Virus record (IMG/VR): IMGVR_UViG_3300030107_004400
Location: 1-33,248 of that record
DNA length: 33,248 nt
From: a virus
Taxonomy: Duplodnaviria > Caudoviricetes
Strand: one strand, 5' to 3'
Below are positions 26,407 through 33,248 of the stretch, in pieces. How positions within the stretch are numbered: position 1 is the first letter of the stretch; each line of letters begins with the position of its first letter. The notes below the pieces were generated by a model that was not told the origin of the DNA, did not search any database, and saw only the letters and a program-made list of their open reading frames with translations. The position numbers were made by a program, and so were the translations under genes.

Positions 26407-26937
26407 ATGAGAAGTGATAAACTAAATAAAAATAGCAATGCTTATAGTGAAGGATGGGCAGCAGGAACTCTTGGTTCTTATTTTGGATTAACTGTTGGTG
26501 CCCCAAGTGTTTCATCTAATGCATGTACTTTGGTTATCAACCAGGTTAATTCACCTACATATACTGGTGCTGCAGCATTGACAGCAACATTACCTGCAGC
26601 TAAAGCTGGTAATGCTTGTGTTTTTTCAATGGCTGAAGACGCTGCAGGTGGAACAAATACATTGACATTTGATTGTGCTGGCAGTGATGTATGGGAAACT
26701 GGATGTGTTGTTCCAACAACATCAAGTAATAAAATCACTTATGATGTTTCAGTAGCAGATGAAACAAGCTTAGTATTTACTCCAACTAATGACACAGTAA
26801 ACTTTTTATCATTCGGCTCATGCATTGAGTTTGTTTGCGAAAGAGATGGTTACTGGTATGTTAATGTTACTAAATTAAATAGTGATATTGGTGTAACTGC
26901 TGGAGCAGCAACAGGTACTTTGCTATTTGCTTCGTAA
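26407..26937 (+). CDS. Probable capsid decoration/minor structural protein
   Basis: ATG 26407 with GGAGG SD; Ala/Gly/Thr-rich beta protein directly after the capsid gene. Confidence 0.6.
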   Translation: MRSDKLNKNSNAYSEGWAAGTLGSYFGLTVGAPSVSSNACTLVINQVNSPTYTGAAALTATLPAAKAGNACVFSMAEDAAGGTNTLTFDCAGSDVWETGCVVPTTSSNKITYDVSVADETSLVFTPTNDTVNFLSFGSCIEFVCERDGYWYVNVTKLNSDIGVTAGAATGTLLFAS

Positions 26938-26973
26938 ACCGAATAAATAAGGTTTAACAGTTTTTGAGAACTG

Positions 26974-27002
26974 TGGGGTAGGTCAATAAAAGGCTTACCC
27001 CA
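26974..27002 (+). terminator. Strong hairpin after the capsid genes (terminator or mRNA-stabilising)
   Basis: TGGGGTAGGTC-AATAAAA-GGCTTACCCCA; no U-tract follows. Confidence 0.45.
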
Positions 27003-27082
27003 AATCTCATAAAGAATTTTAAAACCAAGATGCCCATGAGATAGCCAAGCTCGGTAAGGCATTATAGCACAGGAGAAAAAAT

Positions 27083-27355
27083 ATGGCATTTCCAAAATAC
27101 ACAGTAGTAGAAGCTCAGAATTTTGCTTTAGGTCAAGCTGGGTCAGTCTTCATAGACGACACTGCCCAACACACTGGGCCATTTGTAGCGATAACAGCTA
27201 TAGAAGATTCAGTGGTAGATGTAAGTGATTGCACTAACATAGCTGACACAATGACTGATGCCGCAGATTTTACTATTCCAAAAGGTGTTACAATCTATGG
27301 AAGATACTCAGTGTTCTCTTTGGGTAGTGGTAAAGTTATAGCTTATAAAGGTTAA
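27083..27355 (+). CDS. Small structural protein (hypothetical)
   Basis: 90 aa, beta-rich, ends IPKGVTIYGR...SGKVIAY; AGGAG SD. Confidence 0.75.
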   Translation: MAFPKYTVVEAQNFALGQAGSVFIDDTAQHTGPFVAITAIEDSVVDVSDCTNIADTMTDAADFTIPKGVTIYGRYSVFSLGSGKVIAYKG

Positions 27356-27356
27356 T

Positions 27357-28199
27357 ATGCTAGGATTAGGAAACATTCTATCAACATCTTCATATGTTGG
27401 TGGATTTGAAAATAATTACTCACTAGAATTTGATGCTACAGATACTTACCTTAATTGTGGAACATTGAATACTTATCTTAGAGATGTTCAAAAGTTCACA
27501 ATTGCAATGTGGATATATATAGATACTCATACGACATCTGGACAGAACGGCTTGTTCGGAAAGCACCAAAATGATTACCACAGAACATATAGTTTTATCA
27601 ATCTAGATGGGATAGTTTATTTTGGGATTGCAAATGGAACTGATGCAACTGAGAATGGTCATGGTAAGATAGGTAGTGGAGATGCTCTTAGTGAAGATAC
27701 TTGGTATCACTTAGCTTTTGTTTATGATGGAACTCAAAGCAGTGCTGTTACAAATACTCAAAATGCTCTTAGAAATAAAATATATATCAATGGAGTAAAT
27801 AAAACATTAACTTGGAGTCAAACTATTCCATCTACTACTTCTGATGAGAGTACCTATGGGTCTAATAGTTTAAGTATCGGCAGAAACGAAGAAAATCTTA
27901 GCGGAATATTTGATGGAGAAATAGATGAATTTGGACTATGGAATGTAGCTCTTGGAGCTACAGCAATTAGCGATATTTATAATGATGGGAAACCACATAA
28001 CCTTACTAAGCCAATAGGAGCTGGAGTTTCTAATTACAATACTACAAATGCAACAACTGATTTACAAGTTTACTATCGTATGGGAGATGGAACTGAAGAT
28101 GGAGCTGGTACTACAATATATGATATGAGTGCAAATAGTAATAATGCTTCAATGGTTAATCTTACTGCTTCCGATTATAATTCAAATGTACCGTCATGA
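27357..28199 (+). CDS. LamG/concanavalin-A-like lectin domain virion protein
   Basis: YSLEFD, FTIAMW, WYHLAFVYDG, KIYING, FDGEIDEFGLWN.AL, YYRMGDG. Confidence 0.88.
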   Translation: MLGLGNILSTSSYVGGFENNYSLEFDATDTYLNCGTLNTYLRDVQKFTIAMWIYIDTHTTSGQNGLFGKHQNDYHRTYSFINLDGIVYFGIANGTDATENGHGKIGSGDALSEDTWYHLAFVYDGTQSSAVTNTQNALRNKIYINGVNKTLTWSQTIPSTTSDESTYGSNSLSIGRNEENLSGIFDGEIDEFGLWNVALGATAISDIYNDGKPHNLTKPIGAGVSNYNTTNATTDLQVYYRMGDGTEDGAGTTIYDMSANSNNASMVNLTASDYNSNVPS

Positions 28200-28429
28200 G
28201 TAGATTTCCAAATAGAAAATGGGTTATTGTTAATGTTAGTGATATAACTGACGAAATGATTAGCAATGCACTTGAAACAAGTATGAATACTCTAAGAAAA
28301 ACATTAGATGATACAAAAGCTATTTTAAAATGGGAAGGCGATACACCATCTTGTTTTGATGGAATGACAGCTTATAATCATAGTGAAATAATGACAGAAT
28401 TAGCTAAATCGGAATGGACATATGAATAA
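28196..28429 (+). CDS. Hypothetical protein coupled to the LamG gene
   Basis: 77 aa; ATGA overlap. Confidence 0.75.
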   Translation: MSRFPNRKWVIVNVSDITDEMISNALETSMNTLRKTLDDTKAILKWEGDTPSCFDGMTAYNHSEIMTELAKSEWTYE

Positions 28430-28631
28430 AGCAGAAGTTAAATGCGTACATTGTGGTGAGCCAAATCCAGAGCATTGGTTTTATTGTAGGATATGCGGAA
28501 AGCAAGCAGCTCAAAACAAATATACCAGTAATCTCTGGATGAGAACTGAAAGAGGGAAAAGAAGTGATATAGAATTTAGTACTATGTCAATAAATGATAG
28601 CATATCAAGTATGAATCAAAAACTAAATTAA
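28422..28631 (+). CDS. Zinc-ribbon protein
   Basis: CVHCGEPNPEHWFYCRICG. Confidence 0.75.
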   Translation: MNKAEVKCVHCGEPNPEHWFYCRICGKQAAQNKYTSNLWMRTERGKRSDIEFSTMSINDSISSMNQKLN

Positions 28632-28642
28632 GGAAAAATATT

Positions 28643-28750
28643 ATGCCTTACGGAAAAGGAACTTATGGGTCTAAAGTTGGTAGACCTTCTAAAGCAGCTA
28701 AAAAAGCTGGTAAAAAGAGAATGAAAAAGAAAGGAAAGAAAACCTATTAG
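28643..28750 (+). CDS. 35 aa highly basic microprotein (not in ORF track)
   Basis: MPYGKGTYGSKVGRPSKAAKKAGKKRMKKKGKKTY; AAGGA SD. Confidence 0.75.
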   Translation: MPYGKGTYGSKVGRPSKAAKKAGKKRMKKKGKKTY

Positions 28751-28759
28751 GGGATTAAA

Positions 28760-29380
28760 ATGGCAGTAGATGCATTCGATATACAAGTTCAAGCTTTATT
28801 AGGAATTGGTGATACAACTCTTACTTCAATACAGAGCAGGTTAGATACTTGGTTATGTAATGGATATAAAGAGATAGTAAATGTGCTACCTCCTTATATG
28901 TATGATTCTATAGCTGAAGAGTCTAGTGTAACAGATGCAACTGCATTAAAAGATATGACTACTTCGAAGATATTATCTGTAATGAGAATGAGTCCTAGCG
29001 GTTATAAGCCTTGCAGGCAAGTTGGCCCTGATATGAGAGGAAGAGTGGAGGATGAGGATGACTTGCATTATGCTACGGTAGATGACCCAGTATGGTTTTG
29101 GGGAGACCAAGGAAACCTTACTGTAAAACCTAATTCTGCAGATATATTAATTAGACATATTAATTATCCTACTAATCTTGATGCTAACACAGATAGTACT
29201 GTTGCAGATTTACCAGATGAAGCAGAGCCAGCATTAGTTTTATATGTAGCTATAAAGGCAGGGGAATATATGTTGGCAAATGAAGAAGATATAGAATTAT
29301 TAGTACCTATTATAGCAAATCTAAAAGATGACTATATGAAAAGTATTAATGGATTAAAAGGAATAACTGCTACTCAATAA
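28760..29380 (+). CDS. Probable head-tail connector/adaptor protein
   Basis: Helix-beta-helix layout; YATVDDPVW and LP.EAE.ALVLY; positional inference. Confidence 0.55.
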   Translation: MAVDAFDIQVQALLGIGDTTLTSIQSRLDTWLCNGYKEIVNVLPPYMYDSIAEESSVTDATALKDMTTSKILSVMRMSPSGYKPCRQVGPDMRGRVEDEDDLHYATVDDPVWFWGDQGNLTVKPNSADILIRHINYPTNLDANTDSTVADLPDEAEPALVLYVAIKAGEYMLANEEDIELLVPIIANLKDDYMKSINGLKGITATQ

Positions 29381-29392
29381 GGAGATAAATAT

Positions 29393-29743
29393 ATGGCAGT
29401 AAATAAATTAAGCGTTAAACAAATAGCAAATAGAGTAAAGGAAATATTTCCTGGCACTCCAGATGCATATATAATGCAACTTATAAATGATGCTTTGGTA
29501 GAGTTAGGAACTTATAATACAAAAGTTTCACACGCTAAAATTAGTACTGTCGCTAATCAAATGTGGTATGATTTAAGTGATGGTTCTACTGATTCTAGCA
29601 ATATGAAATTAGAATTAAATAAAATTGATAAAGTATATTTAATGGATAGTGAGGGAGATTATATACAAATACCAAGATTAACTGATACAAACTTATTACT
29701 CACAGATGTTACAAGTGAGTCGGCGTTGGAGGCGCCAGATTAA
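29393..29743 (+). CDS. Probable connector-region structural protein
   Basis: 116 aa, IMQLINDAL helix followed by beta strands; AAGGAG SD. Confidence 0.55.
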   Translation: MAVNKLSVKQIANRVKEIFPGTPDAYIMQLINDALVELGTYNTKVSHAKISTVANQMWYDLSDGSTDSSNMKLELNKIDKVYLMDSEGDYIQIPRLTDTNLLLTDVTSESALEAPD

Positions 29744-30189
29744 TGGCTAGTAATATAACATATCCAGATAAGCATGCGGCATGGTTTATAGAAGGAAATA
29801 ATCTTTGTCTAATTACTAATTTAGATGCTACTGGTAATACTAATTCAACAGGAAGTGTTCAGTCTGGAAGAAAGTTGTGGAAAGCAATACAAGAATCTGT
29901 TACAGATGGTATTTTAATATATTATCAGTCTGAGCCTAATAAGGTTACATCAAATTCTGATTACCCAGATATTGATAATAATATGCATAAATCATTAGTG
30001 GATTATGTTAAAAAATGCTTATATATGGATAAAGCAGGGAAAATGCAAGACCCTGGTCAAGCTCAACTATCTATAGCTATGGCTAATATGCATGAAAAAA
30101 ACTGGATTGATGCTAGTAAAAGATTTGGAATGAAAAAGAGAGATAAAACAGGTGGTGTAAGAACTATAAAACCATTTAATATGTTATAA
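29743..30189 (+). CDS. Probable connector-region structural protein
   Basis: 148 aa, PDID..MH.SLVDYV; TAATG-coupled. Confidence 0.55.
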   Translation: MASNITYPDKHAAWFIEGNNLCLITNLDATGNTNSTGSVQSGRKLWKAIQESVTDGILIYYQSEPNKVTSNSDYPDIDNNMHKSLVDYVKKCLYMDKAGKMQDPGQAQLSIAMANMHEKNWIDASKRFGMKKRDKTGGVRTIKPFNML

Positions 30190-30389
30190 TGAATACAACA
30201 ACTAGTTTAAAAAATGTAGAACCTTACTACATATCAAATAAAATGAAGGTAAATGTTTTAGAAGTTATTGAAAAAAGTGATGGCTCCGCAGAAATAACTA
30301 TAGATGTGGACAGATATGGTCTGGATATGTTAGTTAAAGAAGGATTTCTATCAATAATAAACAAAGGGTTAGACCTCAATAAGCAGTAA
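30189..30389 (+). CDS. Hypothetical protein
   Basis: 66 aa; start may be the internal MKVNVLEV. Confidence 0.55.
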   Translation: MNTTTSLKNVEPYYISNKMKVNVLEVIEKSDGSAEITIDVDRYGLDMLVKEGFLSIINKGLDLNKQ

Positions 30390-30390
30390 T

Positions 30391-30489
30391 ATGAACGGAA
30401 AAGGAGATAAAAAGAGACCTATGTTTATTAGCAGAAAAGATTATATTAAGAAATATAATAAAATTTTTAAAACTAAGAATAAAAAATGA
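30391..30489 (+). CDS. 32 aa basic microprotein (not in ORF track)
   Basis: MNGKGDKKRPMFISRKDYIKKYNKIFKTKNKK; fills the gap. Confidence 0.6.
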   Translation: MNGKGDKKRPMFISRKDYIKKYNKIFKTKNKK

Positions 30490-30504
30490 ATATTGAGGTA
30501 ATAT

Positions 30505-30759
30505 ATGGTAGAAGTATTTGCAGAGTACGGTACAATAGGTGTAATGGTAGTTTTATTTGCTGGTCAAATAATGTTTTTACAGAAAACTTTAATGGGTAAA
30601 TTAGAGGAAATAGAGCAAATTACTATCAAGTTAATTGACAGATGGAATAAATCTGATGACATTAGAGATAGAAGGCACGAATCTTTAATACAAGAAATGA
30701 ATGATATAACTGACGACTTAAATTTTGTTAAAGGTAGAATAAACGGAGGCACGCACTAA
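30505..30759 (+). CDS. Holin-like single-TM protein (BhlA-like architecture)
   Basis: EYGTIGVMVVLFAGQIMFL TM followed by a charged coiled coil; GAGG SD. Confidence 0.55.
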   Translation: MVEVFAEYGTIGVMVVLFAGQIMFLQKTLMGKLEEIEQITIKLIDRWNKSDDIRDRRHESLIQEMNDITDDLNFVKGRINGGTH

Positions 30760-31574
30760 TGCAGGAAACGCTTGTATATGATTATGCTATTAATCTATTG
30801 AGAGATTTTGTTAAAGAAAAAGGTTTTACTGAGGTTCCAGCACAATCAAGGCTAAATATAATGTCTGCTTGTGAAGACCCTAGCACTGTAGCTACTTTTG
30901 AAATAGGTGGTAAAGTAATGCCTATGATTCAATCGTCTCAGATGACTTTAGAACATGAAATATTACAGAATCAGCACTATAAAGGTGTATATTGTATGAG
31001 CACAAGTTACCGTGATGAGCCTAACCCTATTGAGGGTAGACATTGTTTGACTTTTCCTTTATTTGAGATTGAGTCATTTGGCGGTATGGAAGATATGATA
31101 AAGTTTCAAGCAGAGTTACTAGATTATTTAGGGTTTAAGAATCCAAGTGAAGCTTTATATGAACATGTATGTCTTGAATATGATATTGATATAATAGAAG
31201 GCAAGCATGAAAGTAAAATGCAGAAAGACTATGGAGACGTTATTAGTCTTCAATATTTTCCTAAACGTGCAAATCCATTTTTTAATATGAATCATCATAG
31301 AGACGATTTGTATGAAAAAGTCGATGTAATTTTAGCTGGACAAGAAACAATAGGTTCAGCGTCTAGGTCAAGTGACAGGCAAATGATGTATGATAACTTT
31401 ATGTCAATATCTAATGGAGAATATTCTAAGAAATTATTTGACTTATTTGGTAAAGAAAGAGTTATGCATGAATTAAATACTTATTTGTCATTAGACTTTG
31501 TGCCAAGATACGGTATGGGGATTGGTGTAACAAGATTATGTAGAGCTTTAAAGGAGTGTAAAATTTATGGATAG
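30759..31574 (+). CDS. Stand-alone class-IIb aminoacyl-tRNA synthetase catalytic domain (Asn/Asp/Lys-RS-like, no anticodon-binding domain)
   Basis: Motif 1 LRDFVKEKGFTEVP, QSSQ, motif 2 YRDE....GRH..TF..FEIE, GQETIGS..R, motif 3 GMGIGVTRL. Confidence 0.88.
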   Translation: MQETLVYDYAINLLRDFVKEKGFTEVPAQSRLNIMSACEDPSTVATFEIGGKVMPMIQSSQMTLEHEILQNQHYKGVYCMSTSYRDEPNPIEGRHCLTFPLFEIESFGGMEDMIKFQAELLDYLGFKNPSEALYEHVCLEYDIDIIEGKHESKMQKDYGDVISLQYFPKRANPFFNMNHHRDDLYEKVDVILAGQETIGSASRSSDRQMMYDNFMSISNGEYSKKLFDLFGKERVMHELNTYLSLDFVPRYGMGIGVTRLCRALKECKIYG

Positions 31575-31704
31575 TTTAAGGACAACATTGTATTCTTATG
31601 GTACAATGACAGTATGTTTCACAGAATGGATACCATTTTATGTTGGCTTAACAGTAGGAGTGTTGCAAATTATTTACCTACTTAAAAAGATAAGAGAGAA
31701 GTAG
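31567..31704 (+). CDS. 45 aa membrane microprotein, holin-like (not in ORF track)
   Basis: MDSLRTT...EWIPFYVGLTVGVLQIIYLLKKIREK; AAGGAG SD. Confidence 0.7.
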   Translation: MDSLRTTLYSYGTMTVCFTEWIPFYVGLTVGVLQIIYLLKKIREK

Positions 31705-31705
31705 T

Positions 31706-31993
31706 ATGAAGAAAAAAGACTCTAGATTAAAAAGAGCTGGAGTAAGTGGATACAATAAGCCTAAACGAACTCCTAACCATCCTAAAAAATCACATATTGT
31801 TGTTGCAAAGGAAGGAGATAAGATAAAGACTATAAGATTTGGTCAGCAAGGAGCTAAGACTGCTGGGAAACCTAAGAAAGGAGAATCAGCAGCTATGAAA
31901 GCTAAAAGAAAAAGCTTTAAAGCTCGTCATAGGAAAAATATTAAAAGAGGAAAAATGTCTGCTGCTTATTGGGCAGATAAAGTCAAATGGTAA
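31706..31993 (+). CDS. Highly basic hypothetical phage protein
   Basis: KTIRFGQQG...RKSFKARH...AAYWADKVKW. Confidence 0.8.
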   Translation: MKKKDSRLKRAGVSGYNKPKRTPNHPKKSHIVVAKEGDKIKTIRFGQQGAKTAGKPKKGESAAMKAKRKSFKARHRKNIKRGKMSAAYWADKVKW

Positions 31994-32008
31994 ATTATAG
32001 GAGAATAT

Positions 32009-32248
32009 ATGTTAGATTTTTTTAGTTGGTCAAATCTATTTTACTTAATTGCTTTAATCATAGCAGGTATAGCCACAATGATGGCGGCCAAATATAAATC
32101 TATGATGAAAGAAATAGGTGATGTAGCTAAAGTTCTTGAGGAAGCATATGCTGATAAAAAAGTAACTGCTGCTGAAAAGAAGAAAATAATGAAAGAAGTA
32201 CTTGATGTGCTTAAAAGTGTAATAAATTTAAAATGGAAAATATTTTAA
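32009..32248 (+). CDS. Single-TM membrane protein (lysis-cassette candidate)
   Basis: LFYLIALIIAGIATMMAA TM; AGGAG SD. Confidence 0.65.
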   Translation: MLDFFSWSNLFYLIALIIAGIATMMAAKYKSMMKEIGDVAKVLEEAYADKKVTAAEKKKIMKEVLDVLKSVINLKWKIF

Positions 32249-32260
32249 GGAGTAAATAAT

Positions 32261-32755
32261 ATGGCTAGTACCATAACAGCGGCAACAATGACAGTAAGTT
32301 TAACTGAAAATATTACTTTAAAAGGTAAGAATCAAGGAGCTACTACTAGTTTTTCAATTGCTAGTATTAATGAAATTTTTAAAAGAATAGTTACATGTCC
32401 AGCAAGTCAAGATACTACAATTGCTTTATTTCAAAGTGCTGTTTCTGATAACATAGAATCACTGGGATTAGATACTCAGGATGTAAAATATATTAGAGTT
32501 ACCAATTTAGATGATACCAATTCTGTAAATCTATCCTTACAAATAGATGCAGGAGAAGATGATAGTGCTGCAGATGAGTCAGCAACAATACTATTAGCGG
32601 CAGGTCAAAGCTTTGTAATGGGTACATCTCACGATTCAGTAGCAGTAAGCGACGCTAATGCTACTATTGAGACTACATTGCATGATTTAGAAAGCATATT
32701 GATAGACCCAAATGGAAATGCTGTAGATATTGAAGTATTTGTAGCGAGTGCATAA
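32261..32755 (+). CDS. Acidic beta-rich structural protein (hypothetical)
   Basis: VKYIRVTNLDDTN...VDIEVFVAS; AAGGAG SD. Confidence 0.7.
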   Translation: MASTITAATMTVSLTENITLKGKNQGATTSFSIASINEIFKRIVTCPASQDTTIALFQSAVSDNIESLGLDTQDVKYIRVTNLDDTNSVNLSLQIDAGEDDSAADESATILLAAGQSFVMGTSHDSVAVSDANATIETTLHDLESILIDPNGNAVDIEVFVASA

Positions 32756-33150
32756 TGGCTAAATTCAGTAAATCATCTTTAGATAAATTAAAAACATGTG
32801 ATAAGAGGTTGCAATTAGTATTTAATGAAGTTATTAAAACAGTTGACTGCTCTATACTTGAGGGTCATAGAGGAAAAACTAGACAAAATACTCTTTATTT
32901 TGAAGGAAAAACAAAAGTTAAGTACCCTAAAGGTAGGCATAATGCTAGTCCTAGCAGGGCTGTTGATGTTGTACCTTACCCTGTCGATTGGGAAGATAGG
33001 GAAAGATTTCATCTCTTCGCAGGATTCGTTATTGGAACTGCATCACAACTAGGAATAAAGCTTCGTTGGGGAGGAGATTGGAATATAAACTGGTTTGTAG
33101 ATGATAATAAATTTGATGACTTTCCACATTTTGAGGTAGTTGATGGCTAA
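32755..33150 (+). CDS. Endolysin, peptidase M15 (L-Ala-D-Glu peptidase-like)
   Basis: EGHR...RQ, RHN...AVD, LRWGGDW, FDDFPHFE zinc-ligand motifs. Confidence 0.92.
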   Translation: MAKFSKSSLDKLKTCDKRLQLVFNEVIKTVDCSILEGHRGKTRQNTLYFEGKTKVKYPKGRHNASPSRAVDVVPYPVDWEDRERFHLFAGFVIGTASQLGIKLRWGGDWNINWFVDDNKFDDFPHFEVVDG

Positions 33151-33248
33151 ACAAAGGCTAAATACACCTTTATTTCAAGGAGGCTTGAACACATTATTAG
33201 ACCCTAGAGATATTAATCCTCAAGAGCTATCTATGGCTAAAAATGTTA
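33143..33248 (+). CDS. N-terminus of a probable tail/stabilisation protein (3'-truncated)
   Basis: MAKQRLNTPLFQGGLNTLLDPRDINPQEL..KNV; open to the window end. Confidence 0.55.
   Translation, partial: MAKQRLNTPLFQGGLNTLLDPRDINPQELSMAKNV

Larger units (their letters stand above)
1..33248. mobile_element. Tailed dsDNA bacteriophage genome segment (podovirus-like organisation)
   Basis: Contains TerS, TerL, portal, scaffold, capsid, endolysin and a DnaB/annealase module. Genes are dense and overlap-coupled in two divergent arms, with no host housekeeping operons. Confidence 0.97.

Noticed and set aside
27040-27060. Twister-ribozyme-like CCAAGCUCGG segment
   Set aside because: The other conserved twister elements and pseudoknot pairings could not be placed.
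78-33052. Antisense or nested short ORFs in the track (e.g. 78-260, 3561-3809, 4716-4991, 8026-8502, 9201-9428, 10182-10376, 11263-11466, 12227-12470, 13093-13347, 18840-19067, 19144-19344, 20688-20963, 22891-23226, 23818-24003, 24641-24913, 26156-26738, 26850-27095, 30564-30752, 32815-33052)
   Set aside because: They are shadows of well-supported genes, with no SD or recognisable motifs.
1-33248. Stop-codon reassignment
   Set aside because: Genes are intact and tightly tiled under the standard code; TAA, TAG and TGA all end genes at sensible junctions.

Overview
The whole window is part of an AT-rich tailed dsDNA phage genome, podovirus-like by gene content and order. It resembles uncultured aquatic phages, but the host cannot be determined from the sequence. 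Two arms diverge from a ~650 bp non-coding control region (16811-17458). The minus-strand arm (~16.7 kb to 2.2 kb) is complete in the window. It carries early genes, including two paralogous amidoligases flanking a class-II glutamine amidotransferase, each fused to three double-CxxC metal fingers. A recombination/replication module follows (PD-(D/E)XK exonuclease, Rad52-like annealase, SSB-like protein, Holliday junction resolvase, DnaB), with no recognisable polymerase, primase or integrase. The plus-strand arm carries a HExxH peptidase, a DEDD exonuclease, TerS, gamma-glutamylcyclotransferase, TerL, portal, scaffold, major capsid, minor structural proteins, holin-like proteins, an anticodon-domain-less class-IIb aminoacyl-tRNA-synthetase paralog, an M15 endolysin and the start of a tail gene. 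The window's 5' end is the tail of the late region. Most notable are the zinc-finger-fused amide-ligation system, the truncated aaRS, a structured intergenic RNA containing a tRNA-like minihelix (7001-7185), Fur-box-like operators at the head of the early arm, an apparent ATA start for the portal, and apparent GATC avoidance. All protein calls are from motif recognition by eye; no searches were run.
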